IMG/VR virus record: IMGVR_UViG_3300036970_000245
Reading direction: 5' to 3' (one strand)
DNA length: 64,000 nucleotides
DNA from: a virus
Notes under the pieces: generated by a model
Databases searched by the model: none
What the model saw: only the letters and a program-made list of their open reading frames with translations
What the model was told of the DNA's origin: nothing
In this document: positions 50,824 to 59,069 of the stretch, in pieces
Numbering within the stretch: the first letter of the stretch is position 1
Layout of the letters: each line of letters opens with the position of its first letter
Made by a program: the position numbers and the translations under genes

Positions 50824-53130
50824 ATGAATATCAACGTAAAAACTGTTATTTACGCACGGAAATGTACAGTAGATATTATAGACTCTGAAACAGCTCAGAC
50901 TTTTATAGAAGAGAATCATTCGCAAGGTGCTGTTGGTGGAAGTTATAAAGCAGTTTCTTTAGGTCTTTTCCATGAAGACAAGCTTAAAGCGGTAGCTCAA
51001 TTCTGTACTCCAAGAACTTCGCAAAAGAAACGTGAGTATACAACAGAACTTTTGAGGCTAGCGTTCAAGAGGAACACTAGAGTCGTTGGTGGTGCTTCAA
51101 AGTTAATAGCATTTTACCGTCAAGTGTTTAACCCTGCAGATATTTTCACTTACCAGGCAACTGATGGTGAGCTGACTAGCGTTTATGAACATTGCGGTTT
51201 TTCGCTAGTGACGGAGGGGAAAGTCAAGAAGTATCTTATTCATCCTTTGAGGACTTTTGATACTGCTGGCAAAAAGGAAAAGTTCAGCATTGAGATCGCT
51301 GTCAGACTGGGGCCTGATAAGCTAATTGGTACAGAACTCGGTGAGCAATTGCACCCTAATGGTAAGCGGAAAACTAATATAGAGCTTTTTCAAGAGCTAG
51401 GATGGAAGGTCCATACTACAAAGGGTGACCGTGTTTATGAGTGGTTTAACCCGAATTATAGTTTCTATACTTACAAAATAGTCGCAACAGATAGTGCTAA
51501 ATACTACTTTGGTGTAAGGCACCTGAAAAGGGGTAGTGCAACTCTTGATGATTGTCTTGATGATGACTATTTCGGGTCGGGTGGTGTAAAGTTTACGAAC
51601 TGGAAGAAGAAGCACTCGGGTTCAATTGCGAAAGAGATTGTGAAGATCTTTGATCGTAAAAGTAAAGCTTACCAGCATGAGCAGAAGTTAGTAGGGGAGC
51701 TTTGGAAGACTGATAAGAATTGCTTGAATAGTAGAGCGGGTGGAGTCGTTACAGGTTTCAGTTTAGGCCAAAGCTTGCGCTACTCAGTGAATAATTGTAA
51801 ACTCCATGGCGAGTCAACCCATATGGGTACTGTCTGTGTTTCTTGTAAGAATCTTAGTCTTTTTTCGTTAAAAACATGCTCGATCCACGGTTTGGTGAAG
51901 CATATTAATGAAACGTGTTGCACTTGCAAGGTAAAGTCATCTTTTCACATGGCAGAGTGTTTCATTCATGGGGTGACAAAACACCAAGGCGTTGACTGTA
52001 TTAAATGCCGAAATACAAAAACAGTTAGTAAAGCTCATTGCGAGAAGCATGGTATTAGCACTTTTCAAGGTAAGACGTGCTTGTCTTGCTCATTAGAGTC
52101 AAGAGTAACTTTGCGGTCATGTGTAATTCATGGGGTGACTAAACACAATGGAATGAGTTGTTATAAATGTGCTGTCAATGCTTCGCAATCTATAATGCTT
52201 TGTGCTAAACACGGTGAGGTGAGCCATTTTGGTGATACATGTTCTACATGTGTTGTTGAAAGTTCAATTAGCGTTAAAGAATGCCTGGTTCATGGTCTTA
52301 CAAAACATCAGGCTGACATTTGTAGAAAGTGTGTTGCCGAGGGAAGCGTGACCTTAAGAACTTGCGATGTTCACGGTTTGGTGAAACATTTGGGGGACCA
52401 GTGTTACAAGTGTCGAGAAAGCTCTTACAGTAAGGGGCATTGCGAAGTTCACGGTCATGTTTCTTTCCGAGGTAAAGGTTGTGTTTCCTGTGTTTCTTCC
52501 CGCTGTTTCGTTATGGATGATTGTGTAATTCACGGTTCTACAAAGTTCTTAAATGGTTCCTGCGTTTCTTGCAGGAGTTCAAGTCTTGTTACTGTTGAAA
52601 CTTGTGTGACTCATGGGCAGGTTAAGCACCGTGCTGGTGTTTGTTCATCTTGTGTTGCTTTAAAGAGTGTTTCTTCAGGTGATTGTGAAGTTCATAAGAA
52701 CACTAGCTTCCAGGGCGGAAGTTGTATGAAGTGTAGTGTATCAAAAAGCCTCTCGGAAAAGACTTGTTCTGTTCATGGAAAGACTACTTTTATTGGAGAG
52801 GTTTGCCGTAAGTGTTCCTCAGCTAAGAGTGTTTCAGAGCAAACGTGCAGTATTCACGGGTTGGTGAAGTTTCAAGGGTTGAAGTGTTCTAAGTGCCATT
52901 CACAGAAGTCGGTGAAAGTCCAAGAATGTGTAAAGCATGGGTTAGTGAAACACCGTGGTGATAATTGTTGCACTTGTGCATCTGATAAGAGGAAAAAGCC
53001 AGGTGTTTGCAGTGTTCATGGGAGCCAATTGTTTTACAATGGGGCGTGTCCTAAGTGCAAGGGACTTAAGGTTCGTCATTCTAGATTGCACAAAACAGTG
53101 AAGTCAATGGACTGCATGTTCTGCTTCTAG
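50824..53130 (+). CDS. Endonuclease-like protein: Hef-associated domain, GIY-YIG-like domain, 16 CxxH-x9-CxxC repeats
   Basis: ARKC...FIEENHSQG...ELLR...GGASKL; YTYKI...KYYFGVRH...YFGSG...E...CLN; 16 repeats of about 27 aa at 51796-53058. Confidence 0.75.
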   Translation: MNINVKTVIYARKCTVDIIDSETAQTFIEENHSQGAVGGSYKAVSLGLFHEDKLKAVAQFCTPRTSQKKREYTTELLRLAFKRNTRVVGGASKLIAFYRQVFNPADIFTYQATDGELTSVYEHCGFSLVTEGKVKKYLIHPLRTFDTAGKKEKFSIEIAVRLGPDKLIGTELGEQLHPNGKRKTNIELFQELGWKVHTTKGDRVYEWFNPNYSFYTYKIVATDSAKYYFGVRHLKRGSATLDDCLDDDYFGSGGVKFTNWKKKHSGSIAKEIVKIFDRKSKAYQHEQKLVGELWKTDKNCLNSRAGGVVTGFSLGQSLRYSVNNCKLHGESTHMGTVCVSCKNLSLFSLKTCSIHGLVKHINETCCTCKVKSSFHMAECFIHGVTKHQGVDCIKCRNTKTVSKAHCEKHGISTFQGKTCLSCSLESRVTLRSCVIHGVTKHNGMSCYKCAVNASQSIMLCAKHGEVSHFGDTCSTCVVESSISVKECLVHGLTKHQADICRKCVAEGSVTLRTCDVHGLVKHLGDQCYKCRESSYSKGHCEVHGHVSFRGKGCVSCVSSRCFVMDDCVIHGSTKFLNGSCVSCRSSSLVTVETCVTHGQVKHRAGVCSSCVALKSVSSGDCEVHKNTSFQGGSCMKCSVSKSLSEKTCSVHGKTTFIGEVCRKCSSAKSVSEQTCSIHGLVKFQGLKCSKCHSQKSVKVQECVKHGLVKHRGDNCCTCASDKRKKPGVCSVHGSQLFYNGACPKCKGLKVRHSRLHKTVKSMDCMFCF

Positions 53131-53150
53131 ATTTCGGTAGAATAGAACCT

Positions 53151-53699
53151 ATGGAACGTATTGAAGACTTTGGTATACCCTTCACACCTTGTGGGCTGTC
53201 TTATGCAGCTATCCGCGAGTACGCTGCTCGTGTAGGTGTGCATCATGACATCTATGATGAGAGCGGTCTTGTGGATGTTAAGTGGTTCGCTGAAAAGCTT
53301 GGTGGGGAGATTGTCCCTGCTGCAGGTAGGGCTCGAGATACACGTCTTGTTGAGGTTTTCTCTCAAGGTAGGTTTAACTTGTATGATGATTTATACTTGC
53401 TCTCGGCGGTTAAACAAAGATTTTTTCATGTGTTGGGTGTCTCTCATTACTACTTACATTACCTTTACCCTAAGCGTAAGGGTATTTTGTGTATCCCTCG
53501 TGGCGTGAGGGGTCACTTCACTGTTGAGGCGAATGTCTTCGCTTCAGCTTTGCTTATTCGCTCTGATGTTCTTGTTGATCGGTGGAGTCCGACACGGCAA
53601 TCAATCATTACATTGGCAGACGATTTACAGGTGTCAAAATTGATGGTGATTACTCGGGCGAAATCTCTTGGTCTTGTTTCGCAAGATTATACATTTTAA
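53151..53699 (+). CDS. ImmA/IrrE (DUF955)-like protein with degenerate HExxH
   Basis: RFFHVLGVSHYYLH...EANVFASALL...LA..LQVS. Confidence 0.65.
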   Translation: MERIEDFGIPFTPCGLSYAAIREYAARVGVHHDIYDESGLVDVKWFAEKLGGEIVPAAGRARDTRLVEVFSQGRFNLYDDLYLLSAVKQRFFHVLGVSHYYLHYLYPKRKGILCIPRGVRGHFTVEANVFASALLIRSDVLVDRWSPTRQSIITLADDLQVSKLMVITRAKSLGLVSQDYTF

Positions 53700-53930
53700 A
53701 CTTGATTAGCTGGGAAGACTAAGAACCGCTCGTAGGCTACTCGGGTACAAGTAGGTGGTCTGAACTTAGAGTATTAGTTCGAGTTTGCAGACTTGGTAGC
53801 AAGCTTAGTTTCTTCGTCTAAGAAACTTTTCTTGTATAATGCGTAAACCCGCAGGGTTCTTGTTTACTGCTGAGTTGCCGCAGTATTCTTGCTCTCGTGA
53901 CAGTCTGGTGGTAGTCTACCCACTTACGGT

Positions 53931-54752
53931 TCAACTTGGATTTGGGAAGTATGGAGAATCGACAATGTCTGTAAGCTTAGGGCGTTTAAGGGTCTCTTGA
54001 ATATTGCGCTTGACCATTTCCCAGTCATAGTCAAGACTACTGTTGTGTGTGTTTCCTAAGCGGTCAAATCGTTTTAGGTCGTATGTGACTCTTATGAAAA
54101 GTCTTTCGCCATTGTGTTGTGCAAAACCTGATTCGTGTACTGTATAGGCGTCTATAAAGTAAAAGGTGTTTTCATCGCAGAGTGCTGATGTGTCAGCCTG
54201 GAGTTCAAAACCTAGAAAGACATTGAAGTGTTCAGGATCGGCGGAGATAAATCTTTGAGGGAAATACAGGGTACCACCGTTAGATGTGGCGATGTAGTTT
54301 CGTGTTACTTTTGTTTTCTCTTTGATCCTGTTACCTTGGAAACCGTCAACATGCAGTCCGGCGTGGCGTTGTTGTGTTCCTTTTGCTACCTTGTTGGTGT
54401 CTACAGTTAAGTAAGTATGGTAATCATTCCATGATGTGTTGTGTTCATGTTCTACGCTTATAACTTTTTCAAGAGTGCCCTTAAGAGGTTCCCATTCTGT
54501 GGGGAGTCTGTATTCTTCCTGCCCTGCTAGTCTTAAAGGCATATCTAGACATCTAGGTAGTTGCTTGTATTTCTCGGCGTTAAGATCTTCTTTAAATACT
54601 GGAATTGCAGGGTGTATTTCCTCTGCATATCTGATGAAGTCGAATTGGCGTGGATCTTCATTAAGTCTTGAGTTTTTTGTTTCAGAGCCCTGCGGTGAAA
54701 GAGTAACATATTTGGAGCCTGAAATGACATGCTGTATATCTTGATTGGTCAT
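53931..54752 (-). CDS. Putative 2OG-Fe(II) oxygenase-like protein
   Basis: QR..GLHVDG...VHES...R.FIR (HxD...H...R pattern). Confidence 0.55.
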   Translation of the reverse strand: MTNQDIQHVISGSKYVTLSPQGSETKNSRLNEDPRQFDFIRYAEEIHPAIPVFKEDLNAEKYKQLPRCLDMPLRLAGQEEYRLPTEWEPLKGTLEKVISVEHEHNTSWNDYHTYLTVDTNKVAKGTQQRHAGLHVDGFQGNRIKEKTKVTRNYIATSNGGTLYFPQRFISADPEHFNVFLGFELQADTSALCDENTFYFIDAYTVHESGFAQHNGERLFIRVTYDLKRFDRLGNTHNSSLDYDWEMVKRNIQETLKRPKLTDIVDSPYFPNPS

Positions 54753-55414
54753 CTTGTGATTTCATCTTTTGTTTTAAGGTCGTAGTGGCTTAGCAGAGTT
54801 TTTGCGAAGTGGATTCTATCGTAGGTTTGTGGAGCGAGATAGTCATAAAATCTATAGTATTCGTCAAGAGCGGTTTCGCTGGGGTCTTCTCTTCCGGAAT
54901 TGTATTTGAACCCACCGCTTGTGTCATCATTAACAAGAAGAGCTTTTATTGTTAGCCCGTTATTTGCAGTGATGTAGTCTGCCTCATTGGGGTATCGTAA
55001 ATCGGTTAGAACTCCAAATACGCTATCATTTTGCAAGGTTCTAGCATAGAGTTTCTTTACAAAATAATCCTCATCCTGGTTGCGTCTTATTTCACTTCCT
55101 AGGAATGTAAGCCCCTTGCGAACTGTTTCATTCCTGCGTGAATAACCGTATTCGTATACCTCACCCATTTTTGACAGATCTAGTAACTGTAATAGCTCGT
55201 GGCCTTTTTCACCTAGTCGATACTGTTCTATTATTTCTTTTTCTGGTGTTTTGGTTTTAATAGCTTTCGCTATATCATTGAACTCGTTATAGAGTGGTTC
55301 TGCTAAAGACACTACATCGGTTTTGTATCCGTGGTATCGTAGTTCTTGGATTATTTTGAAAGCATATATAAACTTTTGACTTCCGGGTTTTCCCGAAATC
55401 CCGATTATATACAT
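54749..55414 (-). CDS. Deoxynucleoside monophosphate kinase-like protein
   Basis: IIGISGKPGSQK, LAEPL, R..L..LGSE..R, TDLRYPNEA, SETALD; start overlaps upstream stop (TGATG). Confidence 0.78.
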   Translation of the reverse strand: MYIIGISGKPGSQKFIYAFKIIQELRYHGYKTDVVSLAEPLYNEFNDIAKAIKTKTPEKEIIEQYRLGEKGHELLQLLDLSKMGEVYEYGYSRRNETVRKGLTFLGSEIRRNQDEDYFVKKLYARTLQNDSVFGVLTDLRYPNEADYITANNGLTIKALLVNDDTSGGFKYNSGREDPSETALDEYYRFYDYLAPQTYDRIHFAKTLLSHYDLKTKDEITR

Positions 55415-55896
55415 CAGCAGCCACCTCCTCCGCCGCCGCCGCAGCTCCACCGCGAAGGTGATGAAATACTAGGGTTTGTGGGTAGGGTTTTTTCCTTTTC
55501 CCTCTTTGTGGCTTTTTCAAACTCTTTCACGAGTGCCTTTACTTTACCTTCCTGAGCGAGTAGTTCAACTTCAACTGTCTCAATCTTTGTCTTTTTATTT
55601 TGAGCAGTAGGAAGATTTCCCTTTCTAAAAGCTGAAACAAGTTCTCTTTCCAAGCGTTCTTTTTCTCGCAAGAATGAACGTTCCTTGGCAACAGCCTTTT
55701 TAAGCTCTAAGTTAAGCTCATAGACACTTTTCTTTTTCGCTTTCCTAGGCAGAGTATTTGATTGCATTTTCTTTTCGTAGGCAGCCTGAGCGCTTTCTTT
55801 ACTCTCATAATGGTCCTGGATACCGCCAAAGCGGCACTTGTGTTTTGCTTTACATTGCCCGGGCTTACCTGTTTCAGGGTTGACATGGTAACGCAT
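55414..55896 (-). CDS. HCCH-leader protein with coiled coil and SCGGGGGGGC tail
   Basis: MRYHVNPETGKPGQCKAKHKCRFGG..DHYESKESAQAAYE; AAGGAG RBS. Confidence 0.8.
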   Translation of the reverse strand: MRYHVNPETGKPGQCKAKHKCRFGGIQDHYESKESAQAAYEKKMQSNTLPRKAKKKSVYELNLELKKAVAKERSFLREKERLERELVSAFRKGNLPTAQNKKTKIETVEVELLAQEGKVKALVKEFEKATKREKEKTLPTNPSISSPSRWSCGGGGGGGC

Positions 55897-56023
55897 GATG
55901 CTCCTTCAAGCTCTTTATAAAAGAGTTAAATCGTTACTAGACTATGGTCACTAAACTTAATTAGCTACTAGAGTTGTGCGAGAATTGCAGATATGTAGTT
56001 TCTAACGTAAAATACGTGCAGCA

Positions 56024-56866
56024 TCACTTACCGTAATAGCACCTGTCATGCAAGCATTTAAGAGTGCTGTACTCGATAGTGCCTACTGCTTCAAAGTTGT
56101 CCCAAAACTCATCACTTCCGGTGCAGCCGTACTTTTCACCAATAACTATTATGTCAAGGTGTGGATAGTTAGTTCTGGCTTCTTTTAACAGTTGTGAATC
56201 AATGTCACTGGAGTAAGGTGCCCAAGAGATTAAAAGAACTGATGCGTCATTACCGTACTTCTTAAGACTCTCAATAGCGTCTAATCTCTCTATGCCTTGT
56301 GATTCTTTAAATGAGTTGTCATCAGTTACGATTGTTGGAACGCCAGAATCACGAAGCCCCTTCGCAAGAAAGCCTTTACCTGCCATTGGGTCGAGAACTA
56401 TTGCATCACTTGGCAGGTGGGCTTTAAGCTTCTTTATGAACTCTGTTGTGACTGTTGCCCAACTACCCGCTTGTTGTCTTAGACTGTGAACAAATGATGC
56501 GTTTATTATACTTGAAGAGTTCGAACTTGAACTAATGCTGTTAGGTACGGACTCTGGTATTTCACCGTCATATATTGTATTTATGAATTCAAGTTCATCT
56601 TGACTGAACTCCACAATGTTTTCGTAACCCACTACCTCAACGCGACTCACTGGTTCTATCTTTATGGGTTTAATATGTTCCGTCTCGTCAAACCGTCTCT
56701 TCTTTTTCAAGCTAGAAGTTTGACCGTACTCTTGGGTTAAGCTGTTTTCGATAGCAGCTTGCGCCTCTTCTTTTGTCTGAAAGTGCTCTCCACCTAGAGG
56801 GCAAGTGTCAGTGCTTTTTGATCGGCAGATGCTTGGGGTACCGTTTCTTCCTATGTGGAATTTCAT
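56024..56866 (-). CDS. HCCH-leader protein with SAM-dependent methyltransferase-like domain
   Basis: MKFHIG...CRSKSTDTCPLGGEHF..KEEA; VLDPMAGKGFLA, ISWAPY, IGE..GCTG. Confidence 0.78.
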   Translation of the reverse strand: MKFHIGRNGTPSICRSKSTDTCPLGGEHFQTKEEAQAAIENSLTQEYGQTSSLKKKRRFDETEHIKPIKIEPVSRVEVVGYENIVEFSQDELEFINTIYDGEIPESVPNSISSSSNSSSIINASFVHSLRQQAGSWATVTTEFIKKLKAHLPSDAIVLDPMAGKGFLAKGLRDSGVPTIVTDDNSFKESQGIERLDAIESLKKYGNDASVLLISWAPYSSDIDSQLLKEARTNYPHLDIIVIGEKYGCTGSDEFWDNFEAVGTIEYSTLKCLHDRCYYGK

Positions 56867-56914
56867 AATGACCTCTTGCTTGTTTTGGCTAACCCTGTTG
56901 TTAAGACTTTCTGG

Positions 56915-57454
56915 TTATTTTATGCAGCCTGTCCTCTGTCCGACATCGGCAATCAAATCACGTTCTATTTGATTCCATGTCGAGTTAGCACTGTGTACAA
57001 TATGCGCCATAACTGGAGAAGATTCATGATGCTCTAGACCAAAGACGTGGCCAAGCTCGTGACGAACAAGAGCAGGTGGTGGGTTACCGTGGAAGAAAAT
57101 GTCAGCATCCCTAAGAGTGGTTGTGGTGTCTGTACCATTCCAACTGTAAGATATGTTAGCAGTGCGTCCATTGCCGCCAATATTTTTTATGATAACGCCG
57201 CCTTTGTCAGCCTCAGCTTGTGATGACGGAATAAACTTTACGCCTGAAAGTGCAGTAAGCTCTTGCAAGTAAGGGGTCACTCCGTGGTTTACACCTTGGA
57301 CGGAAGTGTCGCCATAGATTGGAACTTGGCATGACTTGAATCTCCAACCTACTCGTGTAGTGGGCTGGCAGGCAGATAAAACAATCACAGTGATGAGTGT
57401 TGTTAATAAAACGGCGATTTTCTTTGATGTGCTTTTACTAAAGTTCGTTTGCAT
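56915..57454 (-). CDS. Lipoprotein zincin (matrixin-like) metalloprotease
   Basis: Lipobox VLSAC; HELGHVFGLEH and Met-turn PVM. Confidence 0.82.
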   Translation of the reverse strand: MQTNFSKSTSKKIAVLLTTLITVIVLSACQPTTRVGWRFKSCQVPIYGDTSVQGVNHGVTPYLQELTALSGVKFIPSSQAEADKGGVIIKNIGGNGRTANISYSWNGTDTTTTLRDADIFFHGNPPPALVRHELGHVFGLEHHESSPVMAHIVHSANSTWNQIERDLIADVGQRTGCIK

Positions 57455-57750
57455 TAGAGCTTCCCCGGCTATCACCTTAAAAGTGTAAGGAAAGTGCTTT
57501 CTAATCGTTAATGTCACTATGGGTGTTTTTGTTTGATTTGGCGTTATGCTTCCTGTTTAACTATGGCAGCGAAGGCTGCTCTGTTTTAAGCTTTTAATTC
57601 ATAGCTTCACCCATGAAACTTCTCTGACATTTGAGCTATTTTAATCACACTAGTGAGTGTTTTAAAAGTAATAAAGCCCTCAGTCTGCTCAGGGGGTGCT
57701 TAAAGACAACTTTGGATCGCACTTTAAAACTCTTATTTATATAAAATGCT

Positions 57751-58785
57751 TCAGCCTAAGTTAGGGCGAGATGTTTTGAAGATCTTTCGAAGATCTTTCA
57801 AGTCCTCTTGCATAGCCTTTTCATCGTAATCTTTACCAGTTTCTGACTTAACCTCATAAACCATACGGTCGCCCACAACACCTAAAAGTCCCCTAGAGTT
57901 AAGCTGGTAGTTGTCTTTTATAGGATTAAAATTGCGTCCAGGGTTTTGTGGGTCTACAATGACTTTAGCTCCTGACCAATCACTCCAATGATTGTGTGGC
58001 CCTGAGTTCTCCCAGTGACCGTCAGAGATTTGACCTAGAAGCTCATTCTTAAGAAGCCACTTTTGCGCTTGTGTTCTGACCCGAATTGTGTTACCTTCAT
58101 CAGGGATAGTGTGACCAAGTCCTGCTTCCTCAAGGGCTGTTTGAGCGTCCTCGACTTGCTTTACAGCATCTTTCTGAACTTGTATCCCCGCCTTGATCCG
58201 CTCTTCCTGCCAATAAGCCTTTTCGTAGAAAGTACTGCCATCAGGGTCCGGGTTTACGCCTTGAGTCTTACCATTGACACCATAATGGAATGCTCGATCA
58301 GACCCAAAGTTTTTGTTATGCTCACGCTTTTCTGCATATAGCCGGCTAAGGTTATTGGTAATTCTCTCAAGTTTTTCTTCAGCTGATTTATAGTTAGCTT
58401 GAAGCTCTTTTGCTGCTTCAAGAGTTACAATAGGCGTTACTGCAGAATTAGTACGCTCTGTTTGCTTACTGATCATTTTCTGTGCAACAGTGTGGACACG
58501 ATTAGTAGGCCAATCAGGGTTTTCAAGCCTAAGAGCGTCACGGATTTCTTTCGGGCTAGCGCCCCCTTCAGCAAGATCCTTTGCCGAGGTGTGTTTTGAA
58601 GTGGTCTCTTTGGTCATACCGGTTAAAGGCTGGTATTCGTTTGAAAGCCTTTTTTCAAGAACAGCCATTGCTTCTCTTGGGTCTTCAAAGTGGTTATTCT
58701 CTTCACCCTGCCCGAAAGGGCAACCACCTTGTTTAGCACGGCACGGAGAAACACTGTCCCCATTGATGTGATATAATCCTGACAT
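57751..58785 (-). CDS. HCCH-leader protein, unknown C-terminal domain
   Basis: LYHINGDSVSPCRAKQGGCPFG...NHFEDPREA; C-terminal GQISDGHWEN motif; AGGAG RBS. Confidence 0.8.
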   Translation of the reverse strand: MSGLYHINGDSVSPCRAKQGGCPFGQGEENNHFEDPREAMAVLEKRLSNEYQPLTGMTKETTSKHTSAKDLAEGGASPKEIRDALRLENPDWPTNRVHTVAQKMISKQTERTNSAVTPIVTLEAAKELQANYKSAEEKLERITNNLSRLYAEKREHNKNFGSDRAFHYGVNGKTQGVNPDPDGSTFYEKAYWQEERIKAGIQVQKDAVKQVEDAQTALEEAGLGHTIPDEGNTIRVRTQAQKWLLKNELLGQISDGHWENSGPHNHWSDWSGAKVIVDPQNPGRNFNPIKDNYQLNSRGLLGVVGDRMVYEVKSETGKDYDEKAMQEDLKDLRKIFKTSRPNLG

Positions 58786-59069
58786 ACTCTGCTCCTACAA
58801 CTTCTGTATTGCACTATTATTTCTAACAATGGATTATAGGCGCTTACTCAAGGGTGGAGTATACTTTTTGGGAAAGAGTTTTTAGCCAAACCCACACTTT
58901 ACCGAACTGCGAAAGCGTTTCTTAAGGTTTGAAAATTAGACTCTTTTTAAGCTTGCTAGACTGCGGAAGGTTTTGCAGTGGTACAAACCCACAAGAAGTA
59001 GGTAGACTGCTGTTAGACTGCAGTCTAACATGGAATAAGGGCGGTATAGATACCTATTGAGGACGTGTT

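Noticed and set aside
55415..55450. Poly-Arg N-terminus MELRRRRRRW of the kinase ORF
   Set aside because: It is the alternate frame of the upstream gene's poly-Gly tail; the real start is ATG 55414.
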